A stretch of DNA of 64,000 bases from Minisyncoccota bacterium (GCA_017991515.1 JAGOQI010000002.1:15088-79087), one strand, 5' to 3'; positions 9,683 through 20,954 are shown, numbered from the stretch's first letter. Numbers and translations: made by a program. The notes: generated from the letters alone by a model not told the origin.

Positions 9683-10201
9683 ATGCTAAATCAAACTCCA
9701 ACTTCTCGTTTCGAAGAAACGAGCACCTCAGCGCTTGCTGTCGCCATTTTAATTTTTTGTGAAAATGTTAAGAAAAGGACAAAAAATGTTCACTTAACCA
9801 GTATTTTAAAAAAGACAGAAATTAGAGATGAAGAAAAAAACACGATTTTTGCTAATCGTGATAAGTCTCTGGTTAAAAAACTCTTTAGTTTTTGTAAAGA
9901 CTCTCTTTCTTTAGAAAGAGGGGAATCCACAAAAATCATTGTTAAGGAAATACCTAACAAAATTCCCTTAAAAGATGATCAGAGATTTCTTTTAAGATTT
10001 TTATTAAAAAATATTGAAAAAAGAAATCCGAGACCATGGACACTTGGTTCAAAGCAAGACAGGATTATAGATGCTAAAGGCAAGCCATTTTCTTATCTTT
10101 CAGGGCCTGAATACGGCTTAAGTTTCCCAGATTTGGAAAATTTAATAAGAGTAAAACAAAAGATTAAAGAACCTGAGGCTGTAGGTCAAATGGTTTATTA
10201 A
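9683..10201 (+). CDS. hypothetical protein
   Basis: ORF trimmed to the internal Met (MLNQTPTS...) to avoid overlapping the murF start; ends at a terminator. Confidence 0.4.
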   Translation: MLNQTPTSRFEETSTSALAVAILIFCENVKKRTKNVHLTSILKKTEIRDEEKNTIFANRDKSLVKKLFSFCKDSLSLERGESTKIIVKEIPNKIPLKDDQRFLLRFLLKNIEKRNPRPWTLGSKQDRIIDAKGKPFSYLSGPEYGLSFPDLENLIRVKQKIKEPEAVGQMVY

Positions 10202-10213
10202 ACTAACTCGCTA

Positions 10214-10240
10214 AAAGCCCCTATTTTAGGGGCTTTTTTT
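10214..10240 (+). terminator. rho-independent terminator
   Basis: AAAAGCCCCTATTTTAGGGGCTTTTTTT. Confidence 0.75.
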
Positions 10241-10278
10241 ATTAAAATAGCTTTATTTTAAAAGCTTAGAATAAAAGG

Positions 10279-10306
10279 TTGACTTTAAATCTCAGTTGTA
10301 TATAAT
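10279..10306 (+). promoter_or_regulatory. sigma70-type promoter upstream of 16S rRNA
   Basis: TTGACT, 16-nt spacer, TATAAT, about 160 nt upstream of the 16S 5' end. Confidence 0.6.
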
Positions 10307-10469
10307 AGCCGTTACCTCCCAAATAGGGAGTCGTTTTTTGAAAATTGTATAGAGAACGCGAGTTCTCAAAGTCTATTTTATGTAATTTGAGTATTTTCAA
10401 ACTTGGGCAAAAGTTTTTCTTTTGCCTCATTCTAGTCGGCATTTTATTTATAAAAGCCAACTTATATTA

Positions 10470-12008
<1,539 letters not shown>

Positions 12009-12189
12009 TTGAGATTGTTCTGATTGTACCTCAGGTACACAGGATTGATACGGTTGATCATTGTTCTGCAAAGAATAATGGTGTTGTGGTAAGCGACGTA
12101 ATGCTTACTCCTTGCGCCAAGGTTATGGCGCAAAAATCCCTGGTGTGTATTCTATAGAGCACATCATGGTAGAATGAGGCAATAGAAAG

Positions 12190-12714
12190 ATGATTGCTGA
12201 AAATATTCAAAACAATAAACAAGACAAGAAAACTCGCGTTCTCAATACAATTTATATTCTTGCAGGAGGAGCACTTTTATTAGTGCTCTTTTTGCTTTTA
12301 AATAAACAATTAAATACAAGAAATATGAGTGTTAATAGTATTTATGATACCACTATCAGTATTAGCGGAGTTAAAATACCAGTAACAATAGCTGATACTG
12401 ATGAACAGAGAGAACAAGGCCTTTCTAATACTCAATATTTAGAACCTAATACTGGGAAACTCTTTGTTTTCAACAATCCTGGGGATTATGGATTTTGGAT
12501 GAAGGATATGAATTATCCTATTGATATTATATGGATAGATAAAAATACCAAGATTATTGGCATTTCCAAAGATTTGAGACCAGAGACTTATCCAGAAATT
12601 TTTTACCCTCCAAGTGAAGTAGTTTATGTTTTGGAAGTTAATGCAGGTTTTTCCACAGCTAATGATATCTTTGAAAATCAATTCATTCTCTTTAACCAAG
12701 AACTGGTTTTTTAG
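12190..12714 (+). CDS. DUF192-family protein with an N-terminal transmembrane segment
   Basis: VTIADTDEQREQGLSN...GFWMKDMNYPIDIIWIDKN...YVLEVNAGF matches the DUF192 / COG1430 pattern. Confidence 0.6.
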   Translation: MIAENIQNNKQDKKTRVLNTIYILAGGALLLVLFLLLNKQLNTRNMSVNSIYDTTISISGVKIPVTIADTDEQREQGLSNTQYLEPNTGKLFVFNNPGDYGFWMKDMNYPIDIIWIDKNTKIIGISKDLRPETYPEIFYPPSEVVYVLEVNAGFSTANDIFENQFILFNQELVF

Positions 12715-12813
12715 CAACAAAAAATCTTTTTATAGTAGCCTCTACTGACAATGCACTTTACATTATCTTTTTTTATTTTAAGAACCAGGAAACTTGCTGA
12801 TTAATTTTTAGAT

Positions 12814-12830
12814 ACACTCTCGTATTGTGT
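12814..12830. promoter_or_regulatory. NrdR-box-like palindrome upstream of nrdB
   Basis: ACACTCTCGTATTGTGT (ACAC...GTGT ends) overlaps the putative nrdB promoter. Confidence 0.3.
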
Positions 12831-12878
12831 ATAATAGATAAACAAGTTTTTATCAGAGTTCATAAAGAGATTTAATTC

Positions 12879-14150
12879 ATGGCGATACTCTTAGTACAAA
12901 AGAGAAATGGGACTGTTGTTGATTTTGACCGATCTCGTATAGAGAGCGCAATTTCTCGTGCGTACCAAGCATCAAAAGTGCTTATTGATATTGTCTCTCT
13001 TTCTGATCTCGTTGATGAAATAGTACAAGCACTTGAAAAGGTTTACCCAGAGGGTAATGTTCCTGATGTTGAGGAAATACAGAATTTTGTTGAAAAAGCT
13101 ATTGCTGATAAGGGTGATTTTGAGGTTGCTAGAAACTATATTTTATATAGAGAAGAACGAAACAAAGAGCGAAAACGAGATATTTTCAAAAAAAGGGTTC
13201 ATTTAAAGCCTTATGAATATCCTGAGCTCTATGAATATGTAAGTGCTATAAGGCATTCTTATTGGATCCACACAGAATTCAATTTTGTTGGGGACGTTCA
13301 GAACTTCAAGGTGAATGTTGATGAAAAAGAGCAAAATGCTATTAAAAACGCAATGCTTGCTATCGCTCAAATAGAAGTAGCGGTTAAAACATTTTGGGGA
13401 GATATATACAAGAAGATGCCTAAGCCAGAAATAGGAGCAGTAGGGGCGACATTTGCAGAAAGTGAAGTTAGACATACTGACGCATACTCACACTTACTTG
13501 AGATATTGGGACTAAACGAAGTATTTCAAAATATTGGTGAAGTACCAGCGCTCATGAAGCGTGTTAATTATCTAGAGAAATCATTAGCGAAAGCTCGAAG
13601 TGAAGATAATAAAGACTATAGTCAGTCAGTTCTATTATTTTCTCTATTTATTGAGCATGTTTCTTTATTTTCTCAATTTTTAGTTATAATGTCATTCAAT
13701 AAGTACAAAAACTTGTTTAAAGGTATTTCAAACGCTGTTGAGGCAACATCCAAAGAAGAGCAAATTCACGGATTATTTGGGATAGACCTGATAAATACCA
13801 TAAAAGAAGAACATCCTGAATGGTTTGATCAGATTTTTGAAGAAGAGGTGATAGGTTTGTGCGAAGAGGCATTTGAATCAGAGAAGGATGTCGTAGATTG
13901 GATTTTTGAAAAAGGTGAGATAGATTTTCTCCCAAAAGCAGTTGTTATAGAGTTTATAAAGCAAAGATTTAATAATTCACTTCAAAGTATCGGTATACGC
14001 AAAATATTTGATACGGACGAGGAACTCTTAAAAGAATCTGAATGGTTTAATGATGAGGTTATCGGAACAAAACATGGAGATTTCTTCAATAAAAAATCAA
14101 TTAACTACAATAAGAAGGGTAAAAGTATAACGAGCGACGATCTTTTTTAA
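12879..14150 (+). CDS. nrdB: ribonucleotide reductase class I beta subunit (R2) with an N-terminal ATP-cone
   Basis: N-terminal VQKRNGTVVDFDRSRIESAISRA is an ATP-cone; the ferritin-like R2 core has FAESEVRHTDAYSHLLE and the FS.F radical-site region. Confidence 0.85.
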   Translation: MAILLVQKRNGTVVDFDRSRIESAISRAYQASKVLIDIVSLSDLVDEIVQALEKVYPEGNVPDVEEIQNFVEKAIADKGDFEVARNYILYREERNKERKRDIFKKRVHLKPYEYPELYEYVSAIRHSYWIHTEFNFVGDVQNFKVNVDEKEQNAIKNAMLAIAQIEVAVKTFWGDIYKKMPKPEIGAVGATFAESEVRHTDAYSHLLEILGLNEVFQNIGEVPALMKRVNYLEKSLAKARSEDNKDYSQSVLLFSLFIEHVSLFSQFLVIMSFNKYKNLFKGISNAVEATSKEEQIHGLFGIDLINTIKEEHPEWFDQIFEEEVIGLCEEAFESEKDVVDWIFEKGEIDFLPKAVVIEFIKQRFNNSLQSIGIRKIFDTDEELLKESEWFNDEVIGTKHGDFFNKKSINYNKKGKSITSDDLF

Positions 14151-14182
14151 AAAATTATTAGTATTAAAATCAGAGACAAAAT

Positions 14183-15907
14183 ATGTATTGGTTAAACGAA
14201 AACAGTAAAAAATTTTTAGCAAAAGGATATCTCTTAAATGGTGAGAGTGCGCAAGACCGTATCCGAGAAATTGCCACTATCGCAGAGAGGCATTTGAATA
14301 AACCTGGATTTGCTGATAAGTTTTATGATTACATGTCTAAAGGATACTATTCTTTGGCAACTCCTATTTGGGCAAACTATGGCCGTACTCGAGGTCTTCC
14401 TATTAGTTGCTTTGGAAGCTATGTCGCTGATGATATGAGTCGCATACTATATACACATGGAGAAGTTGGAATGATGACCAAATATGGTGGTGGAACATCT
14501 GCTTACTTTGGCGGACTTCGACCGCGTGGATCTGAGATAAAAGATAATGGACATTCTTCTGGATCAGTTCATTTTATGGAGCTTTTTGATAGTCTTATAA
14601 ATATTGTTAGTCAGGGTACTGTACGAAGAGGTCATTGCGCACCATATCTTCCAGTAGAACATGATGATATTGAAGAGTTTTTAAATATCGGGAAAGAAGG
14701 TCACCCTATCCAAGAGTCTACATATGGGGTAACCGTTACAGATGCGTGGTTGAAGGCTATGGTAGAAGGAGACCAGGAGAAAAGAAAGATTTGGGCAAAA
14801 ATAATTCAGCGAAGAACTGAAATTGGTTATCCATATATTTTATTTAGTGACACAGTCAACAACAATACAGTTGATGTGTACAAAGATAAAAATATGAAAA
14901 TCTATGGAAGTAATCTTTGTTCTGAAATTTGTCTTCCTACAAACGATGAACTTTCGTTTGTCTGTTGTTTATCATCAATTAACCTTCGACACTACAATGA
15001 GTGGAAAGATACTGATGCTGTTGAAACTCTGGCAATGTTTTTGGACACTGTTATAGGAGAATTTGTTGAGAGACTTGAGAGTCTTAGAGACAGTGAAGAT
15101 TCTAAAAAACAATCAGCTTTTTATTTTATGCAAAGAGCACACAAGTTTGCCAAAGAGCATCGTGCACTAGGATTGGGAGTACTTGGTTGGCACACATTTT
15201 TACAAGAGAGTAATATTCCTTTTGAGAGTGTGGAAGCAAGTAGACTAAATGAAGAAATTTTTTCTTTGATTAAAGAGAAGGCTTATAAAGCGTCTAGCGA
15301 TATGGCTAAAGACTATGGTGAGCCAGAAGTTTTGAAAGGTTATGGTCGTCGTAACACCACTTTGCTAGCTATTGCCCCAACTACTTCTTCTGCTTTTATT
15401 TTAGGACAAGTCTCTCAAGGTATTGAACCTTTTATGTCAAATATCTTTGTTAAAGATGTCGATAAGATGAAAGTGACAATCAAAAACCCAACTCTTATTG
15501 CTCTTCTTGAAGAAAAAGGAGTTAACACTGCTGAAACTTGGAATAGTATTCGCGATAATGATGGTTCTGTTCAACATCTAGACTTTCTTACTGAGCACGA
15601 AAAGAAAGTTTTCAGAACATTTAGTGAAATAGATCAAAAGGCAATTCTTGACCAAGCAGGAGATAGGCAAAAATATATTGATCAAGCGCAGTCACTCAAT
15701 GTTATGATTGATCCGTCTATTTCAGCCAAAGATTTGAATTCACTTTATCTTCAAGCATGGGAGAAGGGTGTTAAGACACTTTACTATCAACACAGTATGA
15801 ATGCTGCCCAACAATTTGGCAGAAAGAAACTACAAGAAAATGAAGCTAAGAAACCTAAAGTTATAATCGCTAGTCAAGACAATATTTGTGTTGGATGTGA
15901 GGGGTAG
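14183..15907 (+). CDS. nrdA: ribonucleotide reductase class I alpha subunit lacking an ATP-cone
   Basis: 574 aa; catalytic core motifs (ISCFG, GGGTSAYFGGLRPRGSEI, SGSVHFMELFD, VRRGHCAPYLPVEHDDIEEF); C-terminal CVGCEG redox cysteine pair. Confidence 0.85.
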   Translation: MYWLNENSKKFLAKGYLLNGESAQDRIREIATIAERHLNKPGFADKFYDYMSKGYYSLATPIWANYGRTRGLPISCFGSYVADDMSRILYTHGEVGMMTKYGGGTSAYFGGLRPRGSEIKDNGHSSGSVHFMELFDSLINIVSQGTVRRGHCAPYLPVEHDDIEEFLNIGKEGHPIQESTYGVTVTDAWLKAMVEGDQEKRKIWAKIIQRRTEIGYPYILFSDTVNNNTVDVYKDKNMKIYGSNLCSEICLPTNDELSFVCCLSSINLRHYNEWKDTDAVETLAMFLDTVIGEFVERLESLRDSEDSKKQSAFYFMQRAHKFAKEHRALGLGVLGWHTFLQESNIPFESVEASRLNEEIFSLIKEKAYKASSDMAKDYGEPEVLKGYGRRNTTLLAIAPTTSSAFILGQVSQGIEPFMSNIFVKDVDKMKVTIKNPTLIALLEEKGVNTAETWNSIRDNDGSVQHLDFLTEHEKKVFRTFSEIDQKAILDQAGDRQKYIDQAQSLNVMIDPSISAKDLNSLYLQAWEKGVKTLYYQHSMNAAQQFGRKKLQENEAKKPKVIIASQDNICVGCEG

Positions 15908-15954
15908 AGTTATTTTAATAATTAATATATAGTGTTTTTGTTGTACCGAATGAT

Positions 15955-16210
15955 CGCGCTTACTCATAAGAGTATGTGAGGAAAGTCCGAACACATAACG
16001 ATTTAATTCGTACAGGTAGTGGGTAATACCCATCGTGGGCAACCATAGGGCTGCGAACAGTGACGAATCCCTTTAGTGGGAGTGAAACGGCTAAATGCCT
16101 ATCCGTGTGCAAGACCGTGCTGAGAAATCAGAGTGTCGCTTGAGGATGACAGTAATATCATTCCCAGATAAATGATCACTAGAACAGAACTCGGCTTATG
16201 AGTACAACAA
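15955..16210 (+). ncRNA. rnpB: RNase P RNA (compact bacterial type)
   Basis: P4 5' strand GAGGAAAGTCCG near the start and P4 3' strand ACAGAACTCGGCTTA near the end; P1 pairing TACTCATAAG/CTTATGAGTA; CCATAGGGCTGCGAACAG and GTGAAACGG motifs; terminator directly downstream. Confidence 0.7.
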
Positions 16211-16213
16211 ATA

Positions 16214-16243
16214 TCAAAAAAATCCGCACAACGCGGATTTTTT
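16214..16243 (+). terminator. rho-independent terminator after rnpB
   Basis: AAAAAAATCCGCACAACGCGGATTTTTTT. Confidence 0.75.
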
Positions 16244-16246
16244 TGA

Positions 16247-16491
16247 TGTATAATATTTTTATGGAATCATTAATTAAATCAGATATATTTTTCTTTGTCG
16301 CAACCATTGCTGTTATTGTTGTAAGTATCTTAACTTCGGTTTTGATTATTTATTTTATAAAAACCGTTCGTATAATTAAAAATACAGTAAAAAAAGGAAG
16401 TGATTATATTGAGAGTGCAAAGAAAAATTTGGATAAACAGGGTGTGATTTATACTCTACTTAAAAAATTGATTCCTAGTAACAAAAAGTAA
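16247..16491 (+). CDS. small membrane protein
   Basis: ORF trimmed so it starts after the rnpB terminator (MYNIFMESLIK...); one hydrophobic helix. Confidence 0.4.
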
Positions 16492-16555
16492 TATTTTTGT
16501 TACTTAATCGTCTTATTTATAGAGAGATATTATTTATAAATTTAAATTAAAAAAC

Positions 16556-16936
16556 ATGGTAGCAAAAAAAACAACAAAAAAAAGTAGTAATGTAGGTAAG
16601 GTGGTAGCTATAGGTGCGGGTGTTGCTGCGCTTTCTGTTGCAGCTTATATGTTATTTGGCCCAAACGGTAAAAAGAATCAAAAATCTTTGAAGGGGTGGG
16701 CTATAAAGATGAAAGGCGAAATTATTGAAAAACTCGAAACAGTAAAAGATGTTACTGCGCCAGTATATGAAAAAATAGTTTCAGAAGTTGCAGCAAAATA
16801 TGCCAAACTAAAACATATTGATGCCGCTGATTTGGAAGCAGAAGTAGCAACACTAAAAAAACACTGGAAAGCTTTAATAAAAAATACTTCAAAGAAAACA
16901 GTAAAGAAAGTATCAAAAAAAGTTTCTAAAAAATAA
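16556..16936 (+). CDS. hypothetical protein with an N-terminal transmembrane segment and lysine-rich termini
   Basis: ORF with a downstream terminator; no recognisable family. Confidence 0.5.
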   Translation: MVAKKTTKKSSNVGKVVAIGAGVAALSVAAYMLFGPNGKKNQKSLKGWAIKMKGEIIEKLETVKDVTAPVYEKIVSEVAAKYAKLKHIDAADLEAEVATLKKHWKALIKNTSKKTVKKVSKKVSKK

Positions 16937-16954
16937 AATAATTTTATAAATAAT

Positions 16955-16991
16955 AAAAAGTTTTTGAAAAATATTTTTCAAAAACTTTTTT
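16955..16991 (+). terminator. rho-independent terminator
   Basis: AAAAGTTTTTGAAAAATATTTTTCAAAAACTTTTTT. Confidence 0.7.
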
Positions 16992-17130
16992 AGTTATCCA
17001 CAGTTTTAACAAAAAAAATATTGCATGCAAGTTATATAAAAGAGATAATTGTTATATGTGGTGATAACGCGTAATCACAATTCACTGGTCGGTCATCACA
17101 ATTAAAAGAATAATTTCAAATTACATTTTT

Positions 17131-17226
17131 ATGGCAGCAAAGAAAAAAGCAGCAAAAAAGAAAGTAGCTAAGAAAGCAGCAAAGAAAAAGGTTGCTAAAA
17201 AGGCTTCAAAGAAAAAGAAGAAATAA
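17131..17226 (+). CDS. tiny lysine/alanine-rich basic protein (31 aa, histone-H1-like KAAKKK repeats)
   Basis: MAAKKKAAKKKVAKKAAKKKVAKKASKKKKK; own terminator directly downstream; not in the track because it is under 60 aa. Confidence 0.45.
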   Translation: MAAKKKAAKKKVAKKAAKKKVAKKASKKKKK

Positions 17227-17255
17227 TTCTCTTTCTTAACTCTCTTTCCACTTAC

Positions 17256-17284
17256 AAAAAGACCCGGTTTTCCGGGTCTTTTTG
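17256..17284 (+). terminator. rho-independent terminator
   Basis: AAAAAGACCCGGTTTTCCGGGTCTTTTT. Confidence 0.8.
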
Positions 17285-17338
17285 CTTACGATGGCACCTG
17301 GAAAAAAAAGACCTTTTGTGGTAAAATCATTTTCTTAT

Positions 17339-19633
17339 ATGGCATTCCCATTACTACAATCCTTTTTCGACAAAGGACAAATAAACAAGTATAAAAGTCG
17401 CGTAGCTCAGGTTAACGCTTTTGAAGATGAGGTCTCCAAGCTTAAAGATACTGATTTTCATACCGAAACAGCTAAGTTAAAAGAAAGAGCTTCAAAAGGT
17501 GAAAGTTTAGATTCTTTACTTCCGTATGCTTTTGCACTAGTACGAGAAGCTTCAAAGAGAACTAGTGGTAAAAGACATTACGATGTTCAGCTTGTTGGTG
17601 CAATGGTGCTACATGAAGGGAAGATAGCAGAAATGAGAACTGGTGAAGGAAAAACTTTGGTTGCAACACTGGCTGTTTATTTAAATGCGTTAGCGGGCAA
17701 AGGAGTTCATGTTGTAACTGTTAATGATTATTTGGCGCGTCGTGATGCAGCTTGGATGGGTCAGATATATGATTTCCTTGGTCTTTCTGTAAGTGTTATA
17801 AATGGACAAGAGACTTCTTTTATTTATGATCCGACACATGAAGAGATGGATCAAGAGCGAGATGAAGAAGGATCTTTCAAAGTAGTTAGAGAATTTTTGC
17901 GTAGATGCTCTAGAAGAGAAGCTTATGAAGCTGATATTACTTATGGGACAAATAGTGAATTCGGTTTTGATTATTTGAGAGACAATCTTGTCCAACAAAA
18001 AGAACAACTCTCCCAAAGAGGACAGTTCTTTGCAGTTATTGATGAAGTAGACTCTATTTTAATAGACGAATCTCGAACACCACTTATTATTTCTTCAGCT
18101 GTTGCTGACTCTGAATCTTTATATAAAACAGTAACTGATGTTGCCAAGGCGCTTGTATTAGATACTGACTATACTGTTGATGAAAAACAAAGAGCTATAA
18201 GTTTGACAGACGATGGTATTACAAAAGTAGAGAAACTTTTAGGTATCAAAGATATGTATACACAAGAAAGTGTAAAGTATGTTCACTATGTTGAAACCGC
18301 TGTAAGAGCAAGAGCACTTTTTGTTAAAGATAAAGATTATGTAATCAAAGATGGTGAAGTGATTATCGTGGACCCATTTACTGGTCGTATGCAACCAGGA
18401 AGACGCTGGAGTGAAGGTCTTCACCAAGCTATCGAAGCAAAAGAGGGTGTAAAAATAGAACAAGAAACTCGTTCTGTAGCTTCTATTACTTATCAAAACT
18501 ATTTTAAGTTTTACAAAAAACTCTCTGGTATGACAGGAACAGCCAAAACTTCTGAAGAGGAATTTATGAAAGTTTATGCTTTGCCGGTAATAATGATACC
18601 AACAAACAAACCTTCAAAGAGAAAAGATAATAATGATCTTATTTTTACAACAGAAGAAGGAAAGTTTGAAGCTATTGCTAGAGATATAAAAGAACTTAAT
18701 AAAAAAGGCCAACCGGTATTAATAGGTACTGTTTCTGTAGAAAAAAATGAGCTTTTGGCTGCTTACTTAAAGCGCTCTGGTATACCACACCAAGTATTGA
18801 ATGCAAAAAATCACGAACAGGAAGGGTCAATAACTGCTCAAGCAGGTAGAAAAGGTTCTGTAGTTATCGCGACAAACATGGCAGGAAGAGGGGTAGACAT
18901 TATTTTAGGAGGAAACCCTTCAACCCCAGAAGAACAAGAAGAAGTTAAGAGTTTAGGAGGACTTTTTGTTATAGGTACAGAGCGACACGAAGCTCGTCGT
19001 ATAGACAACCAGCTCCGAGGTCGAGCCGGTAGACAAGGAGATCCAGGGGAGACTCAATTTTATGTATCGCTTGAAGATGAACTTATGAGAGTTTTCGGAT
19101 CTGACAGAATAAAAAATATGATGAAGAGACTGGGAGTACCAGCTGATCAACCTATTACACATCGCCTTGTTTCTAATGCTCTGGAGTCTGCCCAAAAGAA
19201 AATAGAAGGATTTCATTTTGATGCTCGTAAATCAACTCTTGAATACGATACTGTTTTATCTCACCAAAGAGGAATAGTTTATGGACGAAGAAGAGATATG
19301 GTAGAAGGGGATATAGAGCATGTGAAAGCGGTGTTCTATAGTCTTGGAGAAAAAGATAAACTAGATGTATTAGTAGAGGAAAAGCAAAAGATTCTTGGAG
19401 CTGTTTCTCTTTGGGATGCTATAAGACGAACTATACTCTACACAACAGACACTCTTTGGGTTGAACACATTGATACACTTGAACACATGCGTCAGTCAGT
19501 AGGTTTACGAGCTTATGGTCAAAGAGAACCTATTGTTGAATACAAAAAAGAGGCAACTCACTTGTTCAAAGAGATGGAAGAGCGACTAAAAGAACAAGTA
19601 ATTACAATGGTTTCTGCTATTTCTGCGCAATAA
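17339..19633 (+). CDS. secA: preprotein translocase ATPase SecA
   Basis: DEAD-like motor domains, MTGTAKT and GTERHEARRIDNQLRGRAGRQGDPG motifs; start moved to the Met after the upstream terminator. Confidence 0.9.
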   Translation: MAFPLLQSFFDKGQINKYKSRVAQVNAFEDEVSKLKDTDFHTETAKLKERASKGESLDSLLPYAFALVREASKRTSGKRHYDVQLVGAMVLHEGKIAEMRTGEGKTLVATLAVYLNALAGKGVHVVTVNDYLARRDAAWMGQIYDFLGLSVSVINGQETSFIYDPTHEEMDQERDEEGSFKVVREFLRRCSRREAYEADITYGTNSEFGFDYLRDNLVQQKEQLSQRGQFFAVIDEVDSILIDESRTPLIISSAVADSESLYKTVTDVAKALVLDTDYTVDEKQRAISLTDDGITKVEKLLGIKDMYTQESVKYVHYVETAVRARALFVKDKDYVIKDGEVIIVDPFTGRMQPGRRWSEGLHQAIEAKEGVKIEQETRSVASITYQNYFKFYKKLSGMTGTAKTSEEEFMKVYALPVIMIPTNKPSKRKDNNDLIFTTEEGKFEAIARDIKELNKKGQPVLIGTVSVEKNELLAAYLKRSGIPHQVLNAKNHEQEGSITAQAGRKGSVVIATNMAGRGVDIILGGNPSTPEEQEEVKSLGGLFVIGTERHEARRIDNQLRGRAGRQGDPGETQFYVSLEDELMRVFGSDRIKNMMKRLGVPADQPITHRLVSNALESAQKKIEGFHFDARKSTLEYDTVLSHQRGIVYGRRRDMVEGDIEHVKAVFYSLGEKDKLDVLVEEKQKILGAVSLWDAIRRTILYTTDTLWVEHIDTLEHMRQSVGLRAYGQREPIVEYKKEATHLFKEMEERLKEQVITMVSAISAQ

Positions 19634-19712
19634 TTTAGTATTTTTCAATAAATCCATAAAATATAGGTTTATAAGACAATTTTTTAGATATTTTGTCAAA
19701 TAGTATGGTGTA

Positions 19713-19740
19713 AAAAATCCTTATTTTGTAAGGGTTTTTT
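19713..19740 (+). terminator. rho-independent terminator after secA
   Basis: AAAAAATCCTTATTTTGTAAGGGTTTTTT. Confidence 0.7.
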
Positions 19741-19774
19741 ATGTTTGACACTACTTTTTTTTATTGTATAACCA

Positions 19775-19803
19775 TTGACATAAATACCTCTCTGTGCTAC
19801 TAT
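19775..19803 (+). promoter_or_regulatory. sigma70 promoter with extended -10
   Basis: TTGACA, 17-nt spacer, TGcTACTAT; followed by a structured leader of about 110 nt. Confidence 0.55.
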
Positions 19804-19921
19804 ATAGAAGTTAATCCGTTGACTTTAAGTTAGCGGATTTTCGCTTCTATAGAGATCATTAAAGATTTACTAAAGGAAGAAAATACTGACTAGAAGTTCC
19901 TCCGGAGCTAAACCGGAACAT

Positions 19922-20491
19922 ATGAGTTCAATAAAAACAAATTCAATACTTCGTTCGTTCATCGTTATCCCTATGATCGCTACTAGTTTATCTTTATCTG
20001 CCTTTACAGCAAGTATAGATCAATTCGTAGTTACTCAATCGGATGACCAAGCTCAACAAACACAAAAAAGCGCTATCCAATTGGAAAGAGAGGAAAATGC
20101 TGCTAAGATCGATACCTATTTTGCAAATGGTAATATGCCGCTTGAAGGATATGGTATGAAAATGGTGCTTGAGGCTGAAAAGAATGAACTTGATTGGCGG
20201 CTTATACCAGCAATTGCGGTCCGCGAATCAACTGGAGGAAAATACGCTTGTAAAAAAGCATCCTTCAGTGCCTTCGGGTGGGGTTCATGTAAAATCAGTT
20301 TTAAGAGCTATGATCATGCTATTGAGTCTCTTGCAAGTCATTTAAGTGGTAATAACACTAAGACTGCAAGATACTATGCCAATAAAGATGTTAAAGAGAT
20401 TCTTGAAACCTATAATCCGCCGAGTGTAGTTCCAACTTATGCTCGAGAGGTTATGGCTGTTATGGACAAAATTGAAGAAGTAAAATTATAA
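19922..20491 (+). CDS. secreted hypothetical protein, possibly a peptidoglycan-hydrolase-like domain
   Basis: N-terminal signal/transmembrane segment; AIAVRESTGG block weakly resembles glycoside-hydrolase or lytic-transglycosylase motifs; two terminators downstream. Confidence 0.5.
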   Translation: MSSIKTNSILRSFIVIPMIATSLSLSAFTASIDQFVVTQSDDQAQQTQKSAIQLEREENAAKIDTYFANGNMPLEGYGMKMVLEAEKNELDWRLIPAIAVRESTGGKYACKKASFSAFGWGSCKISFKSYDHAIESLASHLSGNNTKTARYYANKDVKEILETYNPPSVVPTYAREVMAVMDKIEEVKL

Positions 20492-20516
20492 AAATAGTTG
20501 GATTTATTTATAAAGC

Positions 20517-20548
20517 AAAAATACCGTCTCAAAAGGACGGTATTTTTG
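20517..20548 (+). terminator. rho-independent terminator
   Basis: AAAATACCGTCTCAAAAGGACGGTATTTTTG. Confidence 0.75.
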
Positions 20549-20560
20549 TGTTTAGCGGAT

Positions 20561-20591
20561 AAAAAAGTCCATTTAATTTAAATGGACTTTT
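20561..20591. terminator. intrinsic terminator hairpin (probably serves the convergent minus-strand gene)
   Basis: AAAAAAGTCCATTTAATTTAAATGGACTTTT. Confidence 0.55.
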
Positions 20592-20597
20592 AATAAA

Positions 20598-20954
20598 CTA
20601 TTTATTTACCCCTATATAAATTTCGTGGTTAGCTTTTCTAGTAGCATCAAATATTACTTCTTTTGGAATAAAATTTCCTTGTTTTCCTTTTGTACAAACT
20701 TTAGCCATATAAGAAGTATTAACGAGTACTCTAAAGTTTTCTTCACTAGAAAAATCAGAAGACGTTTCTTTTAAAGAGCTGAACTCACTTTTTATAAGTC
20801 CAGCAATATCAGATTTTTCATTTATTTTTTTATCAACTAATTTTTTAACTGATAAATAAACCAATGTAGTTAAGCTAGATTCTAAGGGTGGGGCTTTATC
20901 GTATTCAAAATAGGACAAAACCTCTTTGAAGACTTTATTTTCTAGGTTTGTCAT
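20598..20954 (-). CDS. hypothetical protein (118 aa)
   Basis: ORF with a terminator downstream; no family assigned. Confidence 0.45.
   Translation of the reverse strand: MTNLENKVFKEVLSYFEYDKAPPLESSLTTLVYLSVKKLVDKKINEKSDIAGLIKSEFSSLKETSSDFSSEENFRVLVNTSYMAKVCTKGKQGNFIPKEVIFDATRKANHEIYIGVNK

Noticed and set aside
12009-12189. Possible intron or insertion at the 16S 3' end, because the canonical GGATCACCTCCTT tail is missing
   Set aside because: The interval before the next gene is under 200 nt and contains no downstream 3' exon (no CACCTCC). A group I or II intron is therefore unlikely. I treat it as a genuinely divergent tail, as reported in findings.
17282-17338. Track start of secA at 17282
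   Set aside because: That start lies inside the terminator hairpin of the upstream small gene. The Met at 17339 follows the terminator and aligns with the SecA N-terminus.
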